IMG/VR virus record: IMGVR_UViG_2867339791_000001
Span: 7,046 to 71,045 of that record
Strand: one strand, 5' to 3'
Source: a virus
Length of the DNA: 64,000 bases
Part shown: positions 1-8,381 of the stretch, one piece after another
Layout of the letters: each line of letters opens with the position of its first letter
Numbering within the stretch: position 1 is the stretch's first letter
Notes under the pieces: model-generated
Seen by the model: only the letters and a program-made list of their open reading frames with translations
What the model was told of the DNA's origin: nothing
The model's database searches: none
Program-made: the position numbers and the translations under genes

Positions 1-1
1 G

Positions 2-226
2 GCCGGGATCGACCTGCTCTGGCACGACGGCAGCAGCAACACCGAGCTGGACGCCGCCCGCGTCGAGATCGAGCGACTGACCGCCGAGCTGGACAGGGCC
101 CGGCAGGTCGTTGAGGCCGCTCAGGCGTGGAGCGCCCCCTACCGCACCGTGTTGGAGTTCGGCGACCGCTGCGAACGGCTGGCCGCCGCGGTGAAGGCCC
201 ACGCCAGCGAGCAGGTGCCAGCGTGA
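2..226 (+). CDS. 5'-truncated hypothetical phage protein (coiled-coil, AARVEIERLTAELDRARQ)
   Basis: Open frame from nt 2 to TGA 224-226, overlapping the next GTG start (GTGA coupling). Confidence 0.55.
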   Translation, partial: AGIDLLWHDGSSNTELDAARVEIERLTAELDRARQVVEAAQAWSAPYRTVLEFGDRCERLAAAVKAHASEQVPA

Positions 227-792
227 CGGCCCCGGCCCTCCGGGCGGCCTCCCCGAAGCAGCGCCGCTCCCCTGCCGCCGCCCCGACCCGGAACCGGGAG
301 GAGGACGAGCTGTTGGGCAAGGCATTCGACCTGGCGCAGCGGCTCGGCATCCTCGCCTACCACCCGCTGCCGGCGCAGATCCGGCCCGGCCGGTACGTCA
401 CCGCCGCGCAGGGCAGCGGCGCGAAGGGGTTCCTCGACTCCGTGTTCGCCGGCCCCGGGGGTCAGCTGTTCCGCGAGTTCAAGGCCACCGACGGGGTTGT
501 CAGCGTCGAGCAGCAGCGGTGGATGGACATGCTCGCGGCCGGTGGCGCCGACGTGGCCGTGTGGCGGCCGGTCGACCTGCTGTCCGGGCGGATCAGTGCC
601 GAGCTGAACGGCATCCGCCGGCCGCGCAAGCCGGTCGGGGACGTGGACGCGTTCCGGGCCGCGTTGGAGCAGATCCGCGACGCAAGCCCTGACGCGGTGT
701 CCACGTCGGCGCTGCTGGCCACGGTGCAGCAGCTCGCCGCCGACGTCCTCGCCGGCCGGTACCACGACCTGACGGGGATGGCCCGTGGCTGA
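223..792 (+). CDS. VRR-NUC family nuclease
   Basis: GFLDSVF...REFK...EQQRW...WRP matches the VRR-NUC/PD-(D/E)xK pattern; GTG start at 223 coupled to the upstream stop. Confidence 0.75.
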   Translation: MTAPALRAASPKQRRSPAAAPTRNREEDELLGKAFDLAQRLGILAYHPLPAQIRPGRYVTAAQGSGAKGFLDSVFAGPGGQLFREFKATDGVVSVEQQRWMDMLAAGGADVAVWRPVDLLSGRISAELNGIRRPRKPVGDVDAFRAALEQIRDASPDAVSTSALLATVQQLAADVLAGRYHDLTGMARG

Positions 793-2809
793 GAACACCG
801 GGATCTCGTGGGCGGACCACACATTCAACCCGTGGTGGGGGTGCTCGAAAGTCAGCCCCGCGTGCCGGTTCTGCCTGGACCCGGCGACCCGGGTCCTGTA
901 CGCCGACATGACCTGGCGACCGATTGGGGACGTGAAGGTCGGCGACGTGCTCGTCGGGTTCACCGAGACGCCCGCGTTGGGCGTCAACCGGGTGATCGAG
1001 CCCGCCGTGGTCGAGGCCGTGTGGCGTACCGAGCAGCCCACCGTCGAGCTGACCGTGGGCGACCGCGTGATCGTTGCGAGCGCCGAGCATCGGTGGCTGA
1101 CCGACCAGGCCCGCCCGACCTGGAAGACCACCGAGGAGCTGACCCTCGGGATGCCGCTGAAGACGCTCGGCTGGGGCGTGGAAGGTCCCGACCTGTCCAG
1201 CGAGGACTACCGGGCGGGCTACATCGCAGGGGTCACCACGGGCGACGGCACCATGCGCTGGGACGCCACCTGGGACCTGCCAGCGCGTGACCACCCGCAG
1301 GTCTACTGGCGGGTCGCGGTGAACGCCGACGACCGCGCCATCCTCGACCGGCTCGTGGACTACCTCGCGGGGTTCGGAGTCGAGGTCGAGGTCCGCGACT
1401 TCAACGGCGGCCCGTGCGCCAAGCCGGTGCTGAAGGTCGAGACGCGTAGCCGCCCGAAGCTGGCGCGCATCGCGGAACTGCTGGCCGAGCGGTCCGCGCC
1501 GGACTGGCAGGCCGGATGGCTCGCCGGCATGTTCGACACCGACGGCTCCTACAGCCGGGCCGACAAGTACACGCTCCTGCGGATCGCGCAGAAGAAGGAC
1601 AACGGGGCCCTGGCCGCCGTCGAGCGGTACGCCGCGAACCTCGGCTACGCGATGAAGCGCGAGAACCACAAGGGCTGCCCCACTGCCCGCCTGCACGGCC
1701 GTGTGGACACGCAGGTCGCGTTCCTGTCCCGGATCGCACCGGCGCTCACCCGCAAGTGCGAGGGGTTCTACGGCCGGCGGCTGTTCGGCCAGTCCGTGGA
1801 GGTGAACGGCATCCGCCGTGGCCCTGTGCGCGAGCTGGTCGACATCCAGACCAGCACGCGGACGTTTATCGCCGAGGGCGTGGCCACCCACAACTGCTAC
1901 GCCAGCGCCACCGACAAGCGCTGGGGTGGCGAGCACTGGGGCCGCAAGGCCCGCCGCCGCATGATGTCGGAGAAGTACTGGCAGACGCCGCGCCGGTGGA
2001 ACCGGGAGGCCCTGGCCACCGGTAAGCCGCTGTTCATCTTCGCCGCGTCGATGGCCGACGTGTTCGAGGACCACCCCGACGTGGTCGACGCCCGCCGCCG
2101 GCTGTGGAACCTGATCGAGCAGACCCCCGCCCTGGTGTGGATGCTCCTGACGAAGCGGCCGGAGAACGTCGCCGCCATGGTGCCGTGGGGTCGCTCGTGG
2201 CCGTCCAACGTGTGGCTCGGGGTGAGCGCCGAGAACCAGCGGTTCGCCGAGCAGCGCATCCCGATCCTGTCCGAGCTGCCGGCTGCCGTGCGGTTCGTGT
2301 CCGCCGCGCCGCTGCTCGGCCCGGTCGACCTGACCTGCTCCGCATGTCGCGGTCGGGGTGGGTGGACGGGTCACACCAATCTACGCGGGGAACAGGACGC
2401 GGACTGCGGACTGTGTGAGGGCCGAGGCGTGTGGCCGGTCCAGTGGGTCATCACCGAGGGCGAGTCTGGGCCGAAGGCGCGGCCGTCGCACCCGGACTGG
2501 TTCCGGTCGTTGCGTGACCAGTGCCAGGCCGCCGGGGTGGCGTTCCACCACAAGCAGAACGGCGAGTTCACCCCGTACGGGCCGAAGGTCCGCGACGACT
2601 CCTACCCGGGTGGGTGGGCGCCGGACTGGGACCGAGAGCCCGACGCCTGGGTGAACCGGGAGACCGGCAAGTCCGTCCGCACCGAGGCTGAGGTGCCGGT
2701 GACCGGGGCGTGGCAGGCGGTGTGGAAGGTCGGCCTGAAGCAGGCCGGCCGGCTGCTCGACGGCGAACTGCACGACGCCCGCCCGGAGCCGGTGGGGGTG
2801 CTGTCGTGA
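785..2809 (+). CDS. DUF5131 (phage Gp37/Gp68) radical-SAM-like protein interrupted by an intein
   Basis: ISWADHTFNPWWGCSKVSPAC..CYA, FAASMADVF, LLTKRPEN, WLGVSAENQ, VRFVSAAPLLG, QWVITEGESG are family hallmark motifs. Confidence 0.9.
   Translation: MAENTGISWADHTFNPWWGCSKVSPACRFCLDPATRVLYADMTWRPIGDVKVGDVLVGFTETPALGVNRVIEPAVVEAVWRTEQPTVELTVGDRVIVASAEHRWLTDQARPTWKTTEELTLGMPLKTLGWGVEGPDLSSEDYRAGYIAGVTTGDGTMRWDATWDLPARDHPQVYWRVAVNADDRAILDRLVDYLAGFGVEVEVRDFNGGPCAKPVLKVETRSRPKLARIAELLAERSAPDWQAGWLAGMFDTDGSYSRADKYTLLRIAQKKDNGALAAVERYAANLGYAMKRENHKGCPTARLHGRVDTQVAFLSRIAPALTRKCEGFYGRRLFGQSVEVNGIRRGPVRELVDIQTSTRTFIAEGVATHNCYASATDKRWGGEHWGRKARRRMMSEKYWQTPRRWNREALATGKPLFIFAASMADVFEDHPDVVDARRRLWNLIEQTPALVWMLLTKRPENVAAMVPWGRSWPSNVWLGVSAENQRFAEQRIPILSELPAAVRFVSAAPLLGPVDLTCSACRGRGGWTGHTNLRGEQDADCGLCEGRGVWPVQWVITEGESGPKARPSHPDWFRSLRDQCQAAGVAFHHKQNGEFTPYGPKVRDDSYPGGWAPDWDREPDAWVNRETGKSVRTEAEVPVTGAWQAVWKVGLKQAGRLLDGELHDARPEPVGVLS
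872..1894 (+). mobile_element. Intein (341 aa) with LAGLIDADG homing endonuclease
   Basis: Starts CLDPATRV (block A); block B ASAEHRWLT; two LAGLIDADG helices (YIAGVTTGDG, WLAGMFDTDG); ends FIAEGVATHN followed by Cys+1. Confidence 0.93.
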
Positions 2810-3015
2810 TCGCCGGCACCACCTACCTGCTGCGCGGGGAGCCCGTCACCGTCCTGGTGGCGTGGCGGCCACAGCGCCGCGCCGAACGCCTCGACAACGG
2901 CCCGCACCTGCACCTGCGGGCGACCGCCCCGCAGAACGTGATGATCCGCCGGGCCGACGGGTCGACCGAGGTGCGCCCGTTCCGTGGGCTGCGCCGGCCG
3001 AAGGCGAGGCACTGA
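2806..3015 (+). CDS. Small hypothetical phage protein
   Basis: GTGA-coupled start; fits the tightly packed operon. Confidence 0.6.
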   Translation: MIAGTTYLLRGEPVTVLVAWRPQRRAERLDNGPHLHLRATAPQNVMIRRADGSTEVRPFRGLRRPKARH

Positions 3016-3179
3016 TGGCCCGCCCCCGTCTCGCCCGGATCACCTGCCCCGGCTGCCAGAGGTGGCCCGTCTCAGTCGGCCGTGCTGGGCAGCGGATCTA
3101 CCCCCACAAGGACCCGCAGACCGGTGAGCAGTGCACCAACTCTGGCCAGGAATTCGACCTGTACGGAGCCGGCCAGTGA
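3015..3179 (+). CDS. Small Cys/His (zinc-ribbon-like) protein
   Basis: TGATG coupling; CPGC...H...C. Confidence 0.55.
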   Translation: MARPRLARITCPGCQRWPVSVGRAGQRIYPHKDPQTGEQCTNSGQEFDLYGAGQ

Positions 3180-3364
3180 CTCACCACGGACCCCTCCACA
3201 TCCGGCCGGTCATCGACCTCGACCTTGGCCGCGCCCACCAGTACGGCTACCGGCGCCCCCGCACCAACCCGATCCGCATCGGCGGAGAGCAGCCCGATCT
3301 GCCCGCCGACCAGACCCGCAACCCAGCAGAGGAGCCGACATGCGGCGATCGACCCACGGACTGA
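3176..3364 (+). CDS. Small hypothetical protein
   Basis: GTGA coupling to the previous gene; overlaps the start of whiB. Confidence 0.35.
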   Translation: MTHHGPLHIRPVIDLDLGRAHQYGYRRPRTNPIRIGGEQPDLPADQTRNPAEEPTCGDRPTD

Positions 3365-3654
3365 GCGCCAACGCCACGTCCGCCGACCTCGGAGCCATCG
3401 ACTGGCGGCACCACGCCGCCTGCCGCGACGAGGACCCCGAACTGTTCTTCCCCATCGGCACCAGCGGGCCGTGCCTGTTGCAGGTCGAGCAGGCCAAGGC
3501 CGTCTGCCGCCGCTGCACGGTCACCGACCAGTGCCTCTCCTGGGCCATCGCATCGGGCCAGGACGCGGGGGTGTGGGGCGGCATGTCCGAGGAGGAACGC
3601 CGCGCCCTGAAGCGCCGTGGTGGCCTCCGCGTCCTCCGCGCCCACAACGCATAA
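3340..3654 (+). CDS. whiB: WhiB-family Fe-S transcription factor (WhiB1-like)
   Basis: DWRHHAACRDEDPELFFP...C..C...C...GVWGGMSEEERR; RBS GAGGAG. Confidence 0.95.
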   Translation: MRRSTHGLSANATSADLGAIDWRHHAACRDEDPELFFPIGTSGPCLLQVEQAKAVCRRCTVTDQCLSWAIASGQDAGVWGGMSEEERRALKRRGGLRVLRAHNA

Positions 3655-3672
3655 CCAACTAAGGAGATCAAC

Positions 3673-4170
3673 ATGGCGGGAGACACCACCATCACCGTCG
3701 TCGGCAACCTGACCGACGACCCCGAGCTGCGCTTCACCCCCGCAGGCAAGCCGGTCGCCAAGTGGCGGATCGCCTCCACCCCCCGGTTCATGGACCGGGC
3801 GTCCGGTGAGTGGAAGGACGGCGAACCGCTGTTCCTCGCCTGCACCTACTGGGGGCAGTCGGCCGAGAACGTCGCCGAGTCGTTGCAGCGCGGACACCGC
3901 GTCATCGTGCAGGGCCGGCTGCGGCAGCGCTCGTACGAGACCCGCGAGGGCGAGAAGCGCACCGTCATCGAGCTGGAAGTGGACGAGATCGGCCCGTCGC
4001 TGCGCTACGCCACGGCGAAGGTCCAGAAGATGTCCCGCGCCAGCAGCGGCGCCGGGGGCGGGGTGCCGCGCGGCGGCGCGGACGACGACCCCTGGGCGAC
4101 GTCGGCGAGCCCGGCACACGGCCGCTCCGGCACCAGCGGCAGCGGCTTCGACGAGGAACCCCCGTTCTGA
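3673..4170 (+). CDS. ssb: Single-stranded DNA-binding protein
   Basis: [23 protein letters not shown]...acidic C-terminus DEEPPF; RBS AAGGAG. Confidence 0.97.
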   Translation: MAGDTTITVVGNLTDDPELRFTPAGKPVAKWRIASTPRFMDRASGEWKDGEPLFLACTYWGQSAENVAESLQRGHRVIVQGRLRQRSYETREGEKRTVIELEVDEIGPSLRYATAKVQKMSRASSGAGGGVPRGGADDDPWATSASPAHGRSGTSGSGFDEEPPF

Positions 4171-4385
4171 TGGCCGCCCGCCAGCTCACCCTCCTCACCG
4201 CCTACCTCGGCGCCGTCATCGCCATGACCATCACCTTCGCGGTCCAGAAGGTCATCGGCGTCGTCGCCTGGTCCTGGTGGTTGGTGCTGTCCCCCTTGCT
4301 GATCGCCGTGGGCGCGTTCGCCGTCCGGTTGGCGGTCGTGTTCTTCACCGAGTTCGCCAAGGCTTGGAAGGAGCCCGCGACGTGA
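4170..4385 (+). CDS. Small two-TM membrane protein
   Basis: TGATG coupling; hydrophobic WSWWLVLSPL. Confidence 0.65.
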   Translation: MAARQLTLLTAYLGAVIAMTITFAVQKVIGVVAWSWWLVLSPLLIAVGAFAVRLAVVFFTEFAKAWKEPAT

Positions 4386-5056
4386 CCCTGTTCATCCCCA
4401 CTGGCGAGTTCACCGGCCTGCTCGAAGACGTGATGGGCTTCGCCTGCCCCGACCCGGAGTTGCCCCGCATCCACGCGGTGCGGATCGAGTTCGACGGCGA
4501 GGCCGTGCACGCCATGGCCACCGACGACGTGCACGCGGGCGTGTCGACCTGGCACCCGGACGACCTGCCCGAGGGCGCCGGCAGCCAGGAGGGCCTGTTC
4601 GCCCGCCGGGGCGGCGGGGACGACCCGTGGCACATCGTCATCTCCCTCACCGACGCCGCCGACCTGGTGAAGAAGGTGAAGCTGAAGGAGAAGGACCGGT
4701 GGGTGCCCCTCGGCCTCGACTTCATCGAGGGCGTGACGGACGTGCACCGGTTGCGGGTGGCCCGCAACACCGACTGCGGCTACCCCGGCCTGGCGGTCAC
4801 CGTCCTCGACCGGGACGTGGAGTTCCCGAGCATCCGCGGCAGCCTCGACCCCAACACCGTCGGCCGGCCCGTGTCGGAGATGGAGTTCAACCCGATCCTG
4901 CTGGGTCACTTCGGCGCGGTGCGGATGCGCGGCGACTCGATGCGGATCGCGTTCACCGGCGAGGAGTCGATGGCCGTCGTGACGATCGGCGACCGCTTCG
5001 TGGGCGGTATCCGCCCCGTTCGGCGCACCTCCCGCCGGCTCAGCTCCGTCGCCTGA
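4382..5056 (+). CDS. Hypothetical protein, possibly sliding-clamp (DnaN)-like
   Basis: LPRIHAVRIEF..AVHAMATD..; FPSI; FNPILL; MRIAFTGEESMAVV resemble beta-clamp repeat segments (by eye). Confidence 0.45.
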   Translation: MTLFIPTGEFTGLLEDVMGFACPDPELPRIHAVRIEFDGEAVHAMATDDVHAGVSTWHPDDLPEGAGSQEGLFARRGGGDDPWHIVISLTDAADLVKKVKLKEKDRWVPLGLDFIEGVTDVHRLRVARNTDCGYPGLAVTVLDRDVEFPSIRGSLDPNTVGRPVSEMEFNPILLGHFGAVRMRGDSMRIAFTGEESMAVVTIGDRFVGGIRPVRRTSRRLSSVA

Positions 5057-5070
5057 CCAGACAGCTACGC

Positions 5071-5106
5071 GGGGGCGGCCGAAGCCACCCGAAGCCGGCC
5101 GCCCCC
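5071..5106. terminator. GC-rich inverted repeat (terminator-like)
   Basis: GGGGGCGGCCG ... CGGCCGCCCCC, 11-bp stem immediately after a stop codon. Confidence 0.45.
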
Positions 5107-5140
5107 ACCCCCGCAACCCAACCACGAACAGGAGCACCAC

Positions 5141-5647
5141 ATGGGAAGTTTCGAGCGCACCCGGCAGGCGCGGCGCGAGGTCGCCGACGGTGCCGCGGTC
5201 GGCATGTCCGCCGGCTGGCGGATCGGCATCGCGGTCCTCGTCGTCCTCGCCGTCGGTGCCGCGATCGCCATCGGCAGCTGGTACTTCAGGGTCGCCACCT
5301 CCGGCGTGAAGGGCGCCGGTGACGCGACCCGCATCACCAACGACGGCCAGAACCGGGTCAACGCCCAGGAGTGGTTCGCCGGCATGTACCAGGAGATCCG
5401 CTCGACGGACCGGCGGATCGACGAGGCGTACGCCGAGGTGTCGCGCAAGCCCACCGAGATCAACCAGGAGAACTACCGCGGCCTGGTGAACCGGTGCATC
5501 GACATGGTCGGCGACTACAACGCCGAGGCGCAGAAGGTGTCCCGCGGCCAGTGGCGCGACCCGAGCCTGCCGGCGCAGATCGACGACACCGACCCCACCA
5601 CCGACTGCCGGGCCGCGCACTCGCCGGACCCGGCCACAACCCGCTGA
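5141..5647 (+). CDS. Membrane-anchored hypothetical protein
   Basis: RBS AGGAG; one TM helix (IGIAVLVVLAVGAAIAIGSWYF). Confidence 0.75.
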   Translation: MGSFERTRQARREVADGAAVGMSAGWRIGIAVLVVLAVGAAIAIGSWYFRVATSGVKGAGDATRITNDGQNRVNAQEWFAGMYQEIRSTDRRIDEAYAEVSRKPTEINQENYRGLVNRCIDMVGDYNAEAQKVSRGQWRDPSLPAQIDDTDPTTDCRAAHSPDPATTR

Positions 5648-5667
5648 CCCGAGAGGACTACCTACCC

Positions 5668-6216
5668 GTGAAGAAAACCCGCGCCCGCAACCTCGTCGTC
5701 CTGGCCGCGCTGATCGGCGTCGCGTTCGCCGCCGGTGGCGCGTCGTGCACCTCGTCCACGCCCGACAGCATCCCGCAGAACGACAAGCAGGCCAACGCCA
5801 ACTACGAGGCGCAGAAGAAGAACGACCCGTTGCCGAACCTGAACGACTCGTTGGAGCGGGCCAACGTCATCGAGCACCTGAAGCGCAACAACCAGCCCGA
5901 CCGGGTGCGCTACATCTACCTGCTCGCTGACACCGGAGGCGTCTACGCCTACTACGTGATCAAGGGCAAGGTCACGTCCACCGCCGCGCAGCTCACCCCG
6001 ACGGACAACGTCGTGGACGTCTGCTCGAAGGGCACCGACTACTGCCCGGAGGTGGTGCAGGGCCCCACCGACGACGGCTCGTACGGCGGCGACGAGGGCG
6101 GCATCTACTTCTTCACCAGCACCGGTGTGGAGGTCCAGTGGAACGGCCGGTGGCTCCTCACCGACGCCCCCATGGAGATCAAGACGCCGACGCTGACCCT
6201 CACCGAGAGGAAGTAG
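5668..6216 (+). CDS. Putative lipoprotein/secreted protein
   Basis: Signal-like N-terminus ending GASC; RBS GAGAGG. Confidence 0.7.
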   Translation: MKKTRARNLVVLAALIGVAFAAGGASCTSSTPDSIPQNDKQANANYEAQKKNDPLPNLNDSLERANVIEHLKRNNQPDRVRYIYLLADTGGVYAYYVIKGKVTSTAAQLTPTDNVVDVCSKGTDYCPEVVQGPTDDGSYGGDEGGIYFFTSTGVEVQWNGRWLLTDAPMEIKTPTLTLTERK

Positions 6217-6282
6217 CTCGCGGCCTGGCGCGGCTCGTCGAGGGGGCGGGCCGCGCCGCCGGCCGGCAGGACCAGGAGGGGG

Positions 6283-6510
6283 GTGACGGCGGTGAGCCGT
6301 CCGTTGATGGTGATCGAGCGGCGGCCGGTGCCGGGGTTCGTTCGCCGGTCGCCGCCGTCTCAGGGCTGCGGGGCCGGTGTGGTGCCGTGCGGGCGGCCGG
6401 CGCGGCTGTACGCGTGCGGGTGGCGGTGCGTCGAGCATCCGCCGGTGGGCCGGGCGGGCGGCATGAAGCCCGCGGCCGAGGTGGCGGCGGGCTCAGGCGG
6501 TGCGGGGTGA
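6283..6510 (+). CDS. Small Cys-rich hypothetical protein
   Basis: RBS AGGAGG; C..C...RLYACGWRC..H. Confidence 0.45.
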   Translation: MTAVSRPLMVIERRPVPGFVRRSPPSQGCGAGVVPCGRPARLYACGWRCVEHPPVGRAGGMKPAAEVAAGSGGAG

Positions 6511-6515
6511 GGCGG

Positions 6516-6704
6516 CTACAGGTCGGTCGGGTCGCCGAGGGCTTCGCGGGCGCGGCGGTACCAGTCCAGTTCCACCACCACGAGGCTGTCGGTGCTGTGC
6601 CTGCCGACGAGCTTGTGCGAGTCAAGCGGCCCGGAGGCAGCCTGCTTCGCCCACTCGCCGATCTCCTTGCGGACGGTCTCGACGCTGACCCGTTCCACCT
6701 TCAT
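6516..6704 (-). CDS. Phd/YefM-like antitoxin-fold protein
   Basis: MKVERVSVETVRKEIGEW..A....KLVGRH....LVVVELDWY follows the Phd beta-alpha-beta-beta pattern. Confidence 0.55.
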   Translation of the reverse strand: MKVERVSVETVRKEIGEWAKQAASGPLDSHKLVGRHSTDSLVVVELDWYRRAREALGDPTDL

Positions 6705-6776
6705 GCCGAGATCGTATCCGCCTTCCTGCGGATCTCCTGCGGTAGTCCTCCGCCGATCGCCCATAACCGCCCAAAC

Positions 6777-6808
6777 TCCTTAGGTTGTTCTCTGGAAAGT
6801 CCTAAGGA
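6777..6808. promoter_or_regulatory. Inverted repeat TCCTTAGG-N16-CCTAAGGA in a divergent intergenic region
   Basis: Seen directly; AT-richer spacer between the Phd-like gene and the replication operon. Confidence 0.45.
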
Positions 6809-6909
6809 AAGAGGTTAGGGTCAGGACGTGGCCAGGTCAATCTGGCCGCACAAACCGGCAGCTCACCTGCCCTGCACAACCCCCCAGCACCACCAGAACG
6901 GAGCACCAC

Positions 6910-7386
6910 GTGACACGCAGCAACGAGCACTACGACAGCGTTCGCAGTGCCGTGTCGTGTTCGCAGCTTCCCCCACCGGCGCGGCTTCTGATCCACGCCC
7001 TGTGCTTCGAGTACCAGGACAAGCGCCCGGACCACCCGTCCAACTTCAGGGCCACCATCGGCACCCTGCAACGCGTCACCGGCATGGCCCGCTCCACCGT
7101 GGCCGAATACGTCGTCGCACTGGAAGAGGCCGGCTGGCTTGACCGCACCGTCCGGCCCTGGGACGTGACGATCGGCCTGCCCACCTGCCGGCTCCGCGAC
7201 TCGATTCCCGACGAGGTGCGGCAACAACTGATCATCAGGGACGGCTACATCCGTCGCGCCTGCGGCGCCACCACTGACCTCACCGTTGACCACGTCCACC
7301 CCTGGTCGAAGGGCGGAACCGACGACCTCGACAACCTGCAACTCCTTTGCCGGCCCTGCAACAGCCGGAAGGGGGCGCGGGACTGA
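6910..7386 (+). CDS. Winged-HTH + HNH endonuclease fusion
   Basis: TIGTLQRVTGMARSTVAEYVVALEEAGWL (HTH); VDHVHPWSKGGTDDLDNLQLLCRPCNSRK (HNH). Confidence 0.85.
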   Translation: MTRSNEHYDSVRSAVSCSQLPPPARLLIHALCFEYQDKRPDHPSNFRATIGTLQRVTGMARSTVAEYVVALEEAGWLDRTVRPWDVTIGLPTCRLRDSIPDEVRQQLIIRDGYIRRACGATTDLTVDHVHPWSKGGTDDLDNLQLLCRPCNSRKGARD

Positions 7387-8381
7387 TGGCGCGGAACTAC
7401 GCACAAATCTTCTGCGCCATCTGGCGCGATCCGGACTTCATCGCGCTCCGAGAGTCGACGCAACGCGCATACCTGATGGTCGTCACCCAGCCGGGGATCT
7501 CCGCCGCTGGCGTGCTGCCTCTGACCCTGCGCCGTTGGGTGAAGCTCGCCGAGGACAGCACCAGCGAGAGGCTGCGCGCGGACATCGCCCACCTGGAGGC
7601 AGTCGGCATGGTGTTCGTGGACGAGGACACCGAGGAGCTGCTGGTCAGGTCGTTCGTGCGGCACGACAACGGCTACCGCAACCCTCGTCGCCAGCCGTCC
7701 ATCCGGGACGCCGCCGCTGAGGTTGAGTCGCCGCGGCTGCGGGCTTCGCTCGCGGCCGAGTTGGTGCGCCTGGGTTGCCCGCCGTGGATGCCGGAGATGG
7801 CAACGGTGACCGGGGTGACGCCCGAAGTCCCGGCGCCGGGGAATGGCTATGGCGACGACCCGGTGGGGGCTATGGCGTCGCAACTCGATAGCCAGCCGAA
7901 TAGCCATTCCGATAGCCATTCCGGTGACGGGGATGGCATCGACCGAATGCCTATCGAGTTGGCACCGGCGCGTACCGCAACCCCCAACCCACAACCCCCA
8001 ACCCACAACCCCGACCGTCCTTCGGACGGTCTGTTCACCGCGCCGCCTGCGGCGACGCCGGCCAGCAAAGCACCGCGAGGGCCACGCCGAGCAACCCGCA
8101 TCCCCGACGACTTCGAGGTCACCGAGGGCATGGCCGCGTGGGCTGCCCAGCAGATGCCGCACGTCAACGTGCAAACGGAGACCGACAAGTTCCGCGACTA
8201 CTGGCGGGCGAAGGCCGGCAAGGACGCCACCAAGACCGACTGGCCGGCGACATGGCGCAACTGGATGCGTACCGCCGCTGAGCGGTCGCCGAACGTGCAG
8301 GGCCGCCGCAGCGGTGGCCCGCTCAACCAGCCGTACCGCAACCAGGACAGCGACGAGTACACGAGATGGGTGAGCCAGTGA
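7386..8381 (+). CDS. Phage replication initiator protein
   Basis: IWRDPDF..L..wHTH-type N-terminus, low-complexity linker with DNA repeats, C-terminal KFRDYW...DWPATWRNW; directly upstream of loader and helicase. Confidence 0.75.
   Translation: MARNYAQIFCAIWRDPDFIALRESTQRAYLMVVTQPGISAAGVLPLTLRRWVKLAEDSTSERLRADIAHLEAVGMVFVDEDTEELLVRSFVRHDNGYRNPRRQPSIRDAAAEVESPRLRASLAAELVRLGCPPWMPEMATVTGVTPEVPAPGNGYGDDPVGAMASQLDSQPNSHSDSHSGDGDGIDRMPIELAPARTATPNPQPPTHNPDRPSDGLFTAPPAATPASKAPRGPRRATRIPDDFEVTEGMAAWAAQQMPHVNVQTETDKFRDYWRAKAGKDATKTDWPATWRNWMRTAAERSPNVQGRRSGGPLNQPYRNQDSDEYTRWVSQ
7841..7961. repeat. Iteron-like ATAGCCATTC repeats, both orientations (putative origin)
   Basis: GAATGGCTAT 7841; GATAGCCA 7887; AATAGCCATTCC 7899; GATAGCCATTCC 7911; CAACTCGATAG 7881 inverted with CTATCGAGTTG 7951. 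Confidence 0.55.
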
